From IMG/VR virus record IMGVR_UViG_3300020281_000024, positions 1 through 59,206 of that record: a stretch of DNA of 59,206 bases. One strand, written 5' to 3'. How positions within the stretch are numbered: the first letter of the stretch is position 1; each line of letters begins with the position of its first letter. This document shows, piece after piece, positions 9,333-19,200 of this stretch. This DNA is from a virus. Its lineage: Duplodnaviria > Caudoviricetes. The notes beneath the pieces were generated by a model. The model was not told where the DNA came from and made no database searches. It saw nothing but the letters and a program-made list of their open reading frames with translations. Position numbers and translations under genes: made by a program.

Positions 9333-10619
9333 ATGACAAGACAACTAATTAACACTGGTACTTTACCTAACGATGGTCAGGGTGACTCGTTACGTGATGC
9401 TGGTACAAAACTGAATTCCAATTTCAGTGAATTATACACTGCACTTGGAAACGGCACGACATTAACAGTCGTACAAAATAATTTATTCAACGCAACAGGA
9501 TCTAACAAGATAGCCTTTAACTATGCCGCATTGAGTGACTTACCCAATGCAACAACGTATCACGGAATGTTCGCCCACGTACACGCCGAGAACGCGGCTT
9601 ATTATGCTCACGCAGGAGCATGGGTCAAACTTGTTGACGCAAACAAGTCAATTGACCTTCTATCGGATGTAGATACTTCAACAGCGGCTCCGACAAACGG
9701 ACAAGCATTAGTTTGGGACGCTGGTGGCGGAAAATGGAAACCAGGAACTGTACAAGCAGGCGGCGGCGGCGGTGGCGGTTCAACCACGTTCACGGGACTT
9801 ACTGACACGCCAAGTTCGTTCAGTGGTTACGCAAATGGTTTCCTAAGAGTTAATTCTGCGGCAGATGGTCTAGAACTAACAACAAGTTTTGGAATAGACA
9901 CTTTGTCAGATGTTGACACAACAACGTCGGCACCTACAGCAGGACAAGTTTTAAAATGGAGTGGTACAAAGTGGCAACCGGCGGCTGATGCAACGTCAGG
10001 TGGTGGTTCAGCAGATGCCACAACATTAGATGGTTTAGATAGTACGTACTTCTTAAACTACAACAACTTGAACAACAAACCTACAATCGCAACTGCATTT
10101 ACAGGATTATCAGATACTCCTGCAAACTTCACAGGTGCGGCAGGTAGATTTGTTAAAGTGAACGCAGGTGGTACAGCATTAGAATTTGTTACTTCATCAG
10201 CGGCTTCAACTGCATTCAACGATTTGACAGACGTTACGGCATCAGGTGCGGCACAAGGTGATGTGATTTACTACAACGGAAGTGCATGGGTCACACAAAA
10301 TGGTCCAACAATGAGATGGAGCATTGGTGCAAACGGTTCATCAGACTACACATTTAGTGGTCCTGGTTTTCCAACAACAACTAATGATCCAGTGTTATAC
10401 TTGAACAGAGGACACACTTACATTTTTGTTAACACAACTGGAACAACACACCCATTTGAAATTAGAACTTCTAACAACGGAAGTGCATACACTTCAGGAG
10501 TTAGTGGATCACAATCAGGAACACAGGTGTTCACTGTGCCAATGAACGCACCAAGTACTTTATATTATCAATGTACGATACATGGTGGAATGGGTAACAC
10601 AATTAATATTATAACATAA
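9333..10619 (+). CDS. fibre protein with a T4 gp9/gp10-like N-terminal attachment domain and a C-terminal cupredoxin-like domain
   Basis: N-terminal RQLINTGTLPNDGQGDSLRDAGTKLNSNFSELY; LSDVDT..APT.GQ.L.W repeats; C-terminal HPF...YYQCTIHGGM. Confidence 0.7.
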   Translation: MTRQLINTGTLPNDGQGDSLRDAGTKLNSNFSELYTALGNGTTLTVVQNNLFNATGSNKIAFNYAALSDLPNATTYHGMFAHVHAENAAYYAHAGAWVKLVDANKSIDLLSDVDTSTAAPTNGQALVWDAGGGKWKPGTVQAGGGGGGGSTTFTGLTDTPSSFSGYANGFLRVNSAADGLELTTSFGIDTLSDVDTTTSAPTAGQVLKWSGTKWQPAADATSGGGSADATTLDGLDSTYFLNYNNLNNKPTIATAFTGLSDTPANFTGAAGRFVKVNAGGTALEFVTSSAASTAFNDLTDVTASGAAQGDVIYYNGSAWVTQNGPTMRWSIGANGSSDYTFSGPGFPTTTNDPVLYLNRGHTYIFVNTTGTTHPFEIRTSNNGSAYTSGVSGSQSGTQVFTVPMNAPSTLYYQCTIHGGMGNTINIIT

Positions 10620-10627
10620 GGATTATA

Positions 10628-11002
10628 ATGGCACAAGTTTTTGGAGTAGGCATAGACGAATTACAGAAGACACTTGGTAACAACAGGTATTTTTATGGTT
10701 TACGCAGAACTTCAGATGGAACAGTTTACATGGTAAAAGCAGATTTGCTTGAACTTGAGGATGGTGTGGAACTGAACAGATCAGGTAATATTGACGACAA
10801 TTACAATAACTGGTCACGTGGAGAGGACTTTTTTGAAGGAAGAGACACTCAACACAAATTGGTTTACAAAAACCTTGTTTATGAACAGTACAAATGGGAC
10901 GGAAGAAACCTATTTTACTATGTGAATAAAGACGGTGAATTAGTATTAAAAGTTAACGAGGCTCAAACGTACACTGGTTACGTTGAACCTTATAGTAGTT
11001 AG
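10628..11002 (+). CDS. hypothetical virion protein, paralog of 8852-9313
   Basis: RYFYGLRRTSDG...GEDFFEGRD...YEQYKWD...YYVNKDGELV. Confidence 0.65.
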   Translation: MAQVFGVGIDELQKTLGNNRYFYGLRRTSDGTVYMVKADLLELEDGVELNRSGNIDDNYNNWSRGEDFFEGRDTQHKLVYKNLVYEQYKWDGRNLFYYVNKDGELVLKVNEAQTYTGYVEPYSS

Positions 11003-11007
11003 AGGAA

Positions 11008-11014
11008 ATAAATA
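11008..11014 (+). promoter_or_regulatory. T4-like late promoter (ATAAATA)
   Basis: Intergenic motif upstream of SD AAGGA and ATG 11033. Confidence 0.6.
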
Positions 11015-11032
11015 GTAATAAGGAATTAATCA

Positions 11033-14000
11033 ATGGCAGATTTTCGAATAGATAGGATACGTTTTAGATGGAGAGGCGACTGGTCAGCAGGCACTCTTTA
11101 TGTGAAAGATGATGTCCTAAGATTCGGTGCAAAAGTTTATGTTTGTGTTGAAGTACACACGTCAGACTCGAACTTTTACAACGATTTAAACGCAACTATT
11201 CCAAGATGGACACAGATGATGGACGGTCAAAGTTGGACCGGCGCATGGCAACCATCTACATTTTACAAAATAGGTGAACTTGTTAAAGTTGGTGGTCTTA
11301 TCTATAAATGTATAGAAGGACACACTTCAAATGCATCAGCAACGAATGGTGTATTAGGTGATGAAACAAAATGGGTTTACTTTGCACGTGGAGAGGATTG
11401 GGCAAGTGTATGGCAACCAAACACTCTTTACAACGTTGACCAAACAGTAATCTACGGTGGTTCGATTTGGAAGTGTAACACAGCACACACTTCTGCGACA
11501 GCAGATGATGGACTACAATACAACGCAGATTACTGGGATCAATATTCTAGATCAGACAACTGGAGAGGTGACTGGACACACAATACTTTATATTATCCAG
11601 ATGACATTGTTTATCATGGTGGTATGGTTTACAGATGTCTGTCAGGACACAGATCAGCAACTACAAACGAATTCATAAATCCAACAGTTGCAGTCAGCAA
11701 CGTGTCTGGAACAAATTTTACATTTGCAATTTTTAGAGTTGCAGGCACTTATTATGTAAGAATTATAAATGCTGGATCAGGTTACACTGCTTTAGGCACT
11801 TTAACAATTTATGGAGCAAACATAGGCGGTACAACAGGAGCCAACGATGCTGTGATAACAATCAACACAGTGGATGGTTCTGGTGCAGTAACTTCAGTTT
11901 CTATCAACGGAACACCAAATGTTAACACAGATGGATTAGAAGCCAACCAAGCACAATGGGAAACTGTTGTAGATGGAATAAGATATCAAGGTGACTGGGC
12001 ATTTGGTAAGAGGTATTCAAAAGGTGATTTAGTAAGATGGTCTCCAGGTATGTGGAGAGTGACAACTGGACACTGGGCAACGACAGACAGCATGGACGAA
12101 ACAAAATTCAGTCTATGGTTACCAGGTCTAGAATTTGAACAATTATGGAACACATCACAATATTACCAACAAGGTGATATTGTTTTATACGGAGGTTACA
12201 CATATGTTGCATTACAAAGTAACATCGGAGTAACTCCAGCGGTAACAGATTCAAGCAACACATGGGAATTACAAATTGTTGGATACACATTCACTGGTGA
12301 GTGGGTTGGACAGACATTAGTAAACAATCAACTTACTCCATACGAATACAAAACTGGAGATGTTGTAACAGCAGGTGGTCATTTATACATAGCAGTCAGA
12401 ACACATTCTAATCAAGATCCGAACACGGATACAACCTACGATCCTGGCACTGACGAACCGTTCCCGTGGCAAAAACTTGTAGACGGTCACGCATGGAAAG
12501 GTCCATGGGTAGCACAAGACGTAGGTGGCAAAACTGGTGAATCAACTTACTTCCCAGGTGATGTTGTATCAGTTGCTGGTACATTGTACAGATGTATACT
12601 GACACACGAAGCGAATTCATCAGACGCAAAACCACCATTAGACTTTGCATCTGAAAATGTTGGACCATATTGGAGATTATTAGCACAAGGTCACGCACCT
12701 AACGTACTGGAATATCCAGGTGATATTAAAACACAACAAACAGATTCCACAAGAATAAGAATAGGTTTAGGTACTGCGGGACAATTATTAAAAGTAAACA
12801 CAAACGGCTTGCCATATTGGGAAGACTTTGAAGTAGTACAAAAAGTTTACTATGTTGCTCCGGAAGGAAATGACACAATAAACAATGGAACAAAATTATC
12901 TGCTCCATTCAAAACTGTAAAATATGCTTGTGATTACATCAATCAAGACTTGAATGCTAGAGCACCAGCCACAGTATTCATCAAAACAGGAATATATGAA
13001 GAAATTTTACCAATCACAGTGCCAAGAGATGTTGCACTTGTTGGAGATGAATTAAGAAGCACAACAATTAAACCTGCATCAGGATACGAAACTGGTTACG
13101 ATATGTTTAGAGTAAACAACGGAACTGGTATTAGAAACATGACGTTACAAGGTTTACAAGGAAGTTTAGGTGCAGTGAACCAATACGGTACAAAACGTCC
13201 AACTGGTGGTGCATTTGTTACATTGAATCCGGGAACAGGTCCAACAGACGCTAGTGCTTGGATAACAAGTAAATCATGTTATGTACAAAACGTATCTACA
13301 TTTGGAACAGGATGTATTGGTATGAAAGTAGATGGAGATTTACACAACGGTGGTAACAAATCTATTGTAGCAAACGACTTTACACAGGTAATTTCCGATG
13401 GAATAGGTTATTGGGCAAATGGAGAAGGTAAATCAGAACTTGTATCTGTGTTTACGTACTACTGCCACATAGGTTATCTAGCAACAAACGGTGGAAAAGT
13501 TAGAGCAACAAACGGAAACAACTCATACGGAGATTTCGGTTCAGTTGCAGAAGGCGTTACGCCAACTGAAACAGCAATTACGGCAAAAATTAACAACAGA
13601 ACCAAAGAAGCAACTGTAGATGCAGTATACAACGATGAGAATGAAATATTTGCATTCGCATACGCACACGCAGGACAAGATTACACAGCGGCTACAATAA
13701 CAATATCAGGTTCAGGTCAAGGTGCATCAGGTACAATTGGCTATGCAAACACACGTGATGGTGGTGTTAACAGAATTAGATTAATAGGTCCTGGAGATTC
13801 AACTCCAGCAGGTGGTGCCGGTTATACAAGTTTATCTGGTCCGGCTATTACAGGTGACAAAACATCTATTAAATTAAATGCACAATACCAAGGTACTACG
13901 GCACAGACAGTTGGACAAAGAATTTACATTTGGGAAGGTACAGGAAGAGGACAATACGCAATAGTTGATACCTTTAATGAAGTGACAAAAGTTGCAACAG

Positions 14001-16195
14001 TCAAAAAAGAGTTTGATAACACTCCAGGTTGGCAACACTTACTAGGTGGTTTCCCTATTGCAGATCCATTAGATCCATCTACAAAATATTTTATTGAGCC
14101 AAGAGGAAGTTTTGCGGAACCAACTTATTCAAGTGCTCCAGCAAGTTTACCTATAGCAGGTGATTATCATGTGGGAACACATGGAAGAATAGGTTCATCT
14201 AACATAACTGTTTTATTAGGAAACGGTAGAGGTTCAAGAACAACAGACGGTGCAAGTTTCACTGCTTGTAGCGGAGTATCAACAACAACTTGGAATGATA
14301 TAGAAGCAAATGCAAATAAATTCATTGCAGTGTCATCAGGTGGTGTAGTAAACTCATCTAACGATGGTGCTACATGGAGTGACATAAGTGGTTCAGTTGG
14401 ATCGGACACATTTACAGGTGTTGCGGCAATTGGACAAACTTGGATTATTGTATCAGACACAGGTATAATATATCGATCAACAGACAACGGTTCAAGTTGG
14501 ACAAACGCACAGATAGAACCATACGATGGTTCAACTCCGATATTCAAATTTGTTGCGGCTGGTAACGGATTGTTTATCACTGCAAACCAATATGGTCAAA
14601 CATGGGAATCAGTAGATGATGGTGTAACTTGGCAATTGGCGGCAAACGTTGGACTAGGTGTTGGTGGACCAAAATATATTGCAAAAGATTTAGTGTTCAA
14701 AAATGGAAAATTTTTAATGCCAGTGCAAGATTCACCTTTAGATGATTCTACTTCATTAAACAAAATTTTTGTAACGAATGCAAACGTGGCACAAAGTTCT
14801 ACAAGTGCGGTAACAGTTTGGACAGAATCTGACACATTACCTCATTCAGGACCATACAAAGTTACAGGTATGCAAGGAACTTTTGTGGCAATCACTGCAA
14901 ATGGTGAAACTGCTTACAGTTATGATGGAATAAGTTGGAAACAATTGACAGGAACACTTTCAGGCACATATGACAAAATTGTTGAAGGTAGAAATGCAGG
15001 CGGCTACTTCATTCCAATATCTACCACTGCAATGAGTTCGGTAACAGTAATGAAAAAAGGTGCTCCACCGTTAGTAAGAATTATTACTAATGCAGGAAAA
15101 CTTTCTAAAGTACAAATTTTTGATCCAGGTAGTGGTTATTCGGCGGCGCCTAACATAACAATTACTGATAATAGAAATACTATAGATGCACAATTACAAT
15201 GTAGAATTGCAAATGGTGTTTTATCTCAACCAACATTTACAAACAGAGGAACAGGATTTATAAATGTAAGTGCAACTATAGACGGAGATGGTTTAGCAGA
15301 TGAATATCAAACTGGTAAAGTTATCCAGGTAAAAGATATTTCAAGAGAACCTGGACCAGGTGATTTATTATACGTAAATGGCATCGATGATCAAATTTAC
15401 AGAGTAACACAAATTACAAATGTCACTGGTGTTGCTCCAAACTTATCGGCGCAATTTAGAATATCACCAAGTTTCAAAGCAAATGAATCTCCGGATCATG
15501 AAACAACATTAACGATTAGACAACAGTATTCACAAATTAGATTAACTGGTCACGACTTCCTAGACATAGGTACTGGTGGAACTTCAACTACAAACTATCC
15601 AGACTTATACACTAATTTAGGATTCACAACTGGTTATGAAGCACAACAAAATAGAGAAGTCAAAATGGCAGGTGGTGGTAGAGTGTTCTACACGTCAACT
15701 GACCAAGATGGTAACTTTAGAACAGGTGAATTATTTGAAGTAGAACAGGCAACTGGTATTGTAACACTTAACGCAGACTTATTCAATCTATCAGGATTGA
15801 GTGAATTAAGTTTAGGTGGAGTTGTATTAGGTGGTACAGAAGTTGTAATAAGAGAATTTAGTACAGATGAAACAATGTCTGCTAACTCTAACGAAAAAGT
15901 TCCAACGCAAAAAGCAATAGTTTCTTACATTGGAAATAGAGTATCGGGTGGTGGTGCTAACTTGAACGTTTCTGGTTTCAGAGCAGGTCAAGTTAAGGTT
16001 AGAAATGCTGAAATATTTAACGAAGCATTTCCTACTACTGGAACAATTACGTTCCCACAAACCACTGAATTAGCAGGTGGAATAGACGGTTACTTGATGG
16101 CATTAAACTTCTTTACAGGTGGTTTAGCAAGTACCAATTTAGATGAAGGAGATCCGATTAGTGCAACTGACCCATCTAACGGATATGGACAATAA
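11033..16195 (+). CDS. giant fibre protein: CBM5/12-like Trp-rich repeats, beta-helix and BNR/Asp-box propeller-like region
   Basis: Many W...T.Y...D.V..GG..Y.C...HTS repeats; YYVAPEGND...PFKTVKYA; Asp-box motifs SNDGATW, STDNGSSW, SVDDGVTW, SYDGISW; paralog of 16231-21906. Confidence 0.75.
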   Translation: MADFRIDRIRFRWRGDWSAGTLYVKDDVLRFGAKVYVCVEVHTSDSNFYNDLNATIPRWTQMMDGQSWTGAWQPSTFYKIGELVKVGGLIYKCIEGHTSNASATNGVLGDETKWVYFARGEDWASVWQPNTLYNVDQTVIYGGSIWKCNTAHTSATADDGLQYNADYWDQYSRSDNWRGDWTHNTLYYPDDIVYHGGMVYRCLSGHRSATTNEFINPTVAVSNVSGTNFTFAIFRVAGTYYVRIINAGSGYTALGTLTIYGANIGGTTGANDAVITINTVDGSGAVTSVSINGTPNVNTDGLEANQAQWETVVDGIRYQGDWAFGKRYSKGDLVRWSPGMWRVTTGHWATTDSMDETKFSLWLPGLEFEQLWNTSQYYQQGDIVLYGGYTYVALQSNIGVTPAVTDSSNTWELQIVGYTFTGEWVGQTLVNNQLTPYEYKTGDVVTAGGHLYIAVRTHSNQDPNTDTTYDPGTDEPFPWQKLVDGHAWKGPWVAQDVGGKTGESTYFPGDVVSVAGTLYRCILTHEANSSDAKPPLDFASENVGPYWRLLAQGHAPNVLEYPGDIKTQQTDSTRIRIGLGTAGQLLKVNTNGLPYWEDFEVVQKVYYVAPEGNDTINNGTKLSAPFKTVKYACDYINQDLNARAPATVFIKTGIYEEILPITVPRDVALVGDELRSTTIKPASGYETGYDMFRVNNGTGIRNMTLQGLQGSLGAVNQYGTKRPTGGAFVTLNPGTGPTDASAWITSKSCYVQNVSTFGTGCIGMKVDGDLHNGGNKSIVANDFTQVISDGIGYWANGEGKSELVSVFTYYCHIGYLATNGGKVRATNGNNSYGDFGSVAEGVTPTETAITAKINNRTKEATVDAVYNDENEIFAFAYAHAGQDYTAATITISGSGQGASGTIGYANTRDGGVNRIRLIGPGDSTPAGGAGYTSLSGPAITGDKTSIKLNAQYQGTTAQTVGQRIYIWEGTGRGQYAIVDTFNEVTKVATVKKEFDNTPGWQHLLGGFPIADPLDPSTKYFIEPRGSFAEPTYSSAPASLPIAGDYHVGTHGRIGSSNITVLLGNGRGSRTTDGASFTACSGVSTTTWNDIEANANKFIAVSSGGVVNSSNDGATWSDISGSVGSDTFTGVAAIGQTWIIVSDTGIIYRSTDNGSSWTNAQIEPYDGSTPIFKFVAAGNGLFITANQYGQTWESVDDGVTWQLAANVGLGVGGPKYIAKDLVFKNGKFLMPVQDSPLDDSTSLNKIFVTNANVAQSSTSAVTVWTESDTLPHSGPYKVTGMQGTFVAITANGETAYSYDGISWKQLTGTLSGTYDKIVEGRNAGGYFIPISTTAMSSVTVMKKGAPPLVRIITNAGKLSKVQIFDPGSGYSAAPNITITDNRNTIDAQLQCRIANGVLSQPTFTNRGTGFINVSATIDGDGLADEYQTGKVIQVKDISREPGPGDLLYVNGIDDQIYRVTQITNVTGVAPNLSAQFRISPSFKANESPDHETTLTIRQQYSQIRLTGHDFLDIGTGGTSTTNYPDLYTNLGFTTGYEAQQNREVKMAGGGRVFYTSTDQDGNFRTGELFEVEQATGIVTLNADLFNLSGLSELSLGGVVLGGTEVVIREFSTDETMSANSNEKVPTQKAIVSYIGNRVSGGGANLNVSGFRAGQVKVRNAEIFNEAFPTTGTITFPQTTELAGGIDGYLMALNFFTGGLASTNLDEGDPISATDPSNGYGQ

Positions 16196-16197
16196 TG

Positions 16198-16204
16198 ATA
16201 AATA
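16198..16204 (+). promoter_or_regulatory. T4-like late promoter (ATAAATA)
   Basis: Intergenic motif upstream of SD GAGG and ATG 16231. Confidence 0.6.
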
Positions 16205-16230
16205 ACTTTAATAAGAGGAAATTTTAACCC

Positions 16231-19200
16231 ATGGCAGAGTTTAAATTAGGTAGAATACGTTTTGTATGGAAAGGTGCTTGGTACACGGGCACTATTTACA
16301 GTGTAGATGACGTCGTAAGATACGGTGGTAGAACATATATCTGTGTTGTTAACCACACGGCCAACGCGGAATTCCAAGTTGACTTAACAGCGGCAAATTG
16401 GGCATTGATGTCCGATGGTCAGGAATGGAAAGGCAATTGGAGTCTTAACACAACTTACAAACCAAACGATATTGTAAAATACGGTGGTTACATTTACATT
16501 GCAAACACAGGACACACATCTACTTCAAGTGCATCTGATGGATTGGAAGTTGATTCTTCTAAATGGGATTTATTCATTGAAGGTTTTGATTACAAATCTT
16601 CTTGGGCAATAAACACAAGATACAAAGTAAACGATTTAGTAAAATACGGTGGCACAATTTATCTTTGTATCACTGAACACACTTCAGCGGCAACTACATC
16701 TTTAGGATTAGAAAATGATCAAGCGAAGTGGGAAGCATTTTCAAAAGGTTTCAATTGGTTAAACACTTGGGCAACTGGCACAAGATACAAAGTAAACGAC
16801 ACAGTTTCTTACGGTGGACAGATTTATGTTTGTGTAACAGGTCACACATCGAACGCATCAGCGGCACAAGGTTTAGAAGCCGACCAAGCAAAATGGGAAT
16901 ACCTACACAAAGGTATTGAATACAAAGGTGCTTTCGCAGGTACAACAAGATACAAAGCAAACGATGTTGTAAAAGGTGGAGCAAACTTATACATCTGTAC
17001 AGTAGGTTACACATCAACAACAGACATCAATGCCGACTCGGCTAACTGGGCATTATTTGTTCCAGGTTTAGAATTTGAAGATTCATGGAGTTCAGCAACA
17101 AAATATCAACCAGGTGACACAGTTACTTACGGAGGTTACCAATACGTTGCAAAAACTTTAAACGAAAATAAAGTTCCGTCAACACAAACAAGTGACTGGG
17201 CATTATTTGTAACAGGATTTAATTTAAGAGGCGACTACAACAACGGTACAGCATACAAAACTGGAGACGTTGTAAGAGTTGGTGGTTTCACTTACATTTC
17301 AATTGCAGACACAACAGGTAATAGACCACCTAACGTTGTTTACTGGAATAAACTTAACGAAGGTTTGTACTGGAAAGGCAACTGGTCAAATGCAACTTAC
17401 TATGACAAAGGTGATATTGTAAGAGGAACAACAAACACAGATACATCTTATATTTGTGTTACTTCACACACATCAAACAACCAAGCACCAAGCACAATCA
17501 ATCAACCAGATTATCCAGCAGGTGCAGGTGTTGATACTTCTGTATGGCAATTACTATCAGGCGGTCCTGAGAACGATGTATTGTCAGCAGGTGGTGACAT
17601 TTTAATTTATGGATCATCAGGTCCACAAAGATTACCAATCGGTACAGCAGGTCAGGCGTTAGTTGTTAACGCGGCAGGTACTTTACCTGAATGGGGTAAC
17701 GTTGGTAAGATTGATCAAGTTTACTATGTAAGTCCAAATGGAACGGACCAACCAGCACCAACATCAGGTGTGACATTAGATAGAGCATGGAAAACAATTA
17801 GATATGCACTACATGAAATTGACAAAGGTCCTAACAATCCACAAGCGGCTTATATGCTTACAAGAAACAAAGCATACATTCAAGACGAAACTATTGCTTG
17901 GATCAACGCACAGATTTCCAACAATACTCCACCATTTACAAGTTCGTTTACATACAACGCGACAAAATGTAGAAGAGATATTGGTATAATCATTGACGCA
18001 ACAATACATGACTTGACACACGGCGGTAACGTAAAATCAAGATTTGCGGCATTAAGTTATTTCACACCAGCAGGTACTTCATATGTAACTGGTCAGGAAG
18101 CAGAAACTTCTGCGGCAATTGTACAAGCGAGTGCTATTGCTAAATTAGTTGTTGCAAATGCAACACACAGTAACTTACAAGGTTCGACACCTAAGTATAC
18201 AAATGCAAGTTACATCGCGGAAGCAGGTTCAACAGATTTAATTGAAACATTGATGAAATATTCATCAGATGCAATCACGGCAGGTAACGTAAATGGTGTA
18301 CCGGCGAAAAATAATCCTAACATTACTTTAAATGTTAAGACTGGAATTTACAACGAAATCCTTCCAATGAGGGTATCAAGAAACACAGCAGTTGTTGGAG
18401 ATGAATTAAGATCAACAAACATCAGACCAGCGGGTTCAGTTGTTAACTCTTCAGACGTACAATACAGTTTACAAGGTATTCAACGTATGGAAGCAATTTT
18501 AAGTGACATCATTCAAAATAATTCAGTAACAAAAACACCATCAGGTGGTGTTGTTTCAATAACTGCTCCAGGTGGTTACATAGGTTCAAACGAAGGTACA
18601 GGAACAGCAGTTTCTTCAACAGGTGGTAATGGTTCAGGTGCTACATTCAACATTACAGTTAACTCATTTGGTTTCGTGACTGCATTGGCAGTGGCGGCTC
18701 CAGGACAAAGTTATCAAATCGGTGACAATATCACTATTCCAGCAAGTACAACTATTATTGGTCCAAGTGGTAACACAACACTTGGTGTTGCAGTCACTTT
18801 CCCAGTTACAGCGGTAACTTCAGGAAACACATTGACGCAGAACACAGATGCTCCGGCAGGTTCGGCGGCGGCTGGTACAAGAGCGGCTACAATCGCTGAC
18901 CAAATTGAGAAGTACATTGACTTCAAAATCAATGCAAACGGTTCGGAACCAGCACTTCAAGGTAGCAACATTCCAGAATTAACAGCGGCTTACACAGATG
19001 CAAGATTAAGACTTTTAGCAAACAAAGAATTTATTGCCAAAGAAGCGGCAGAATACGTGAAAAGAAATAATCCAGGCGTAAGTTTTGTTGTTTCAGACTG
19101 TGAAGATGACATTAAAGATTACGTAGATGGAATAATTTACGACTTACAATTTACAGGAAACCAGAGATCATTGCAAGGTGCAGAATGGTACGTGAACGCA

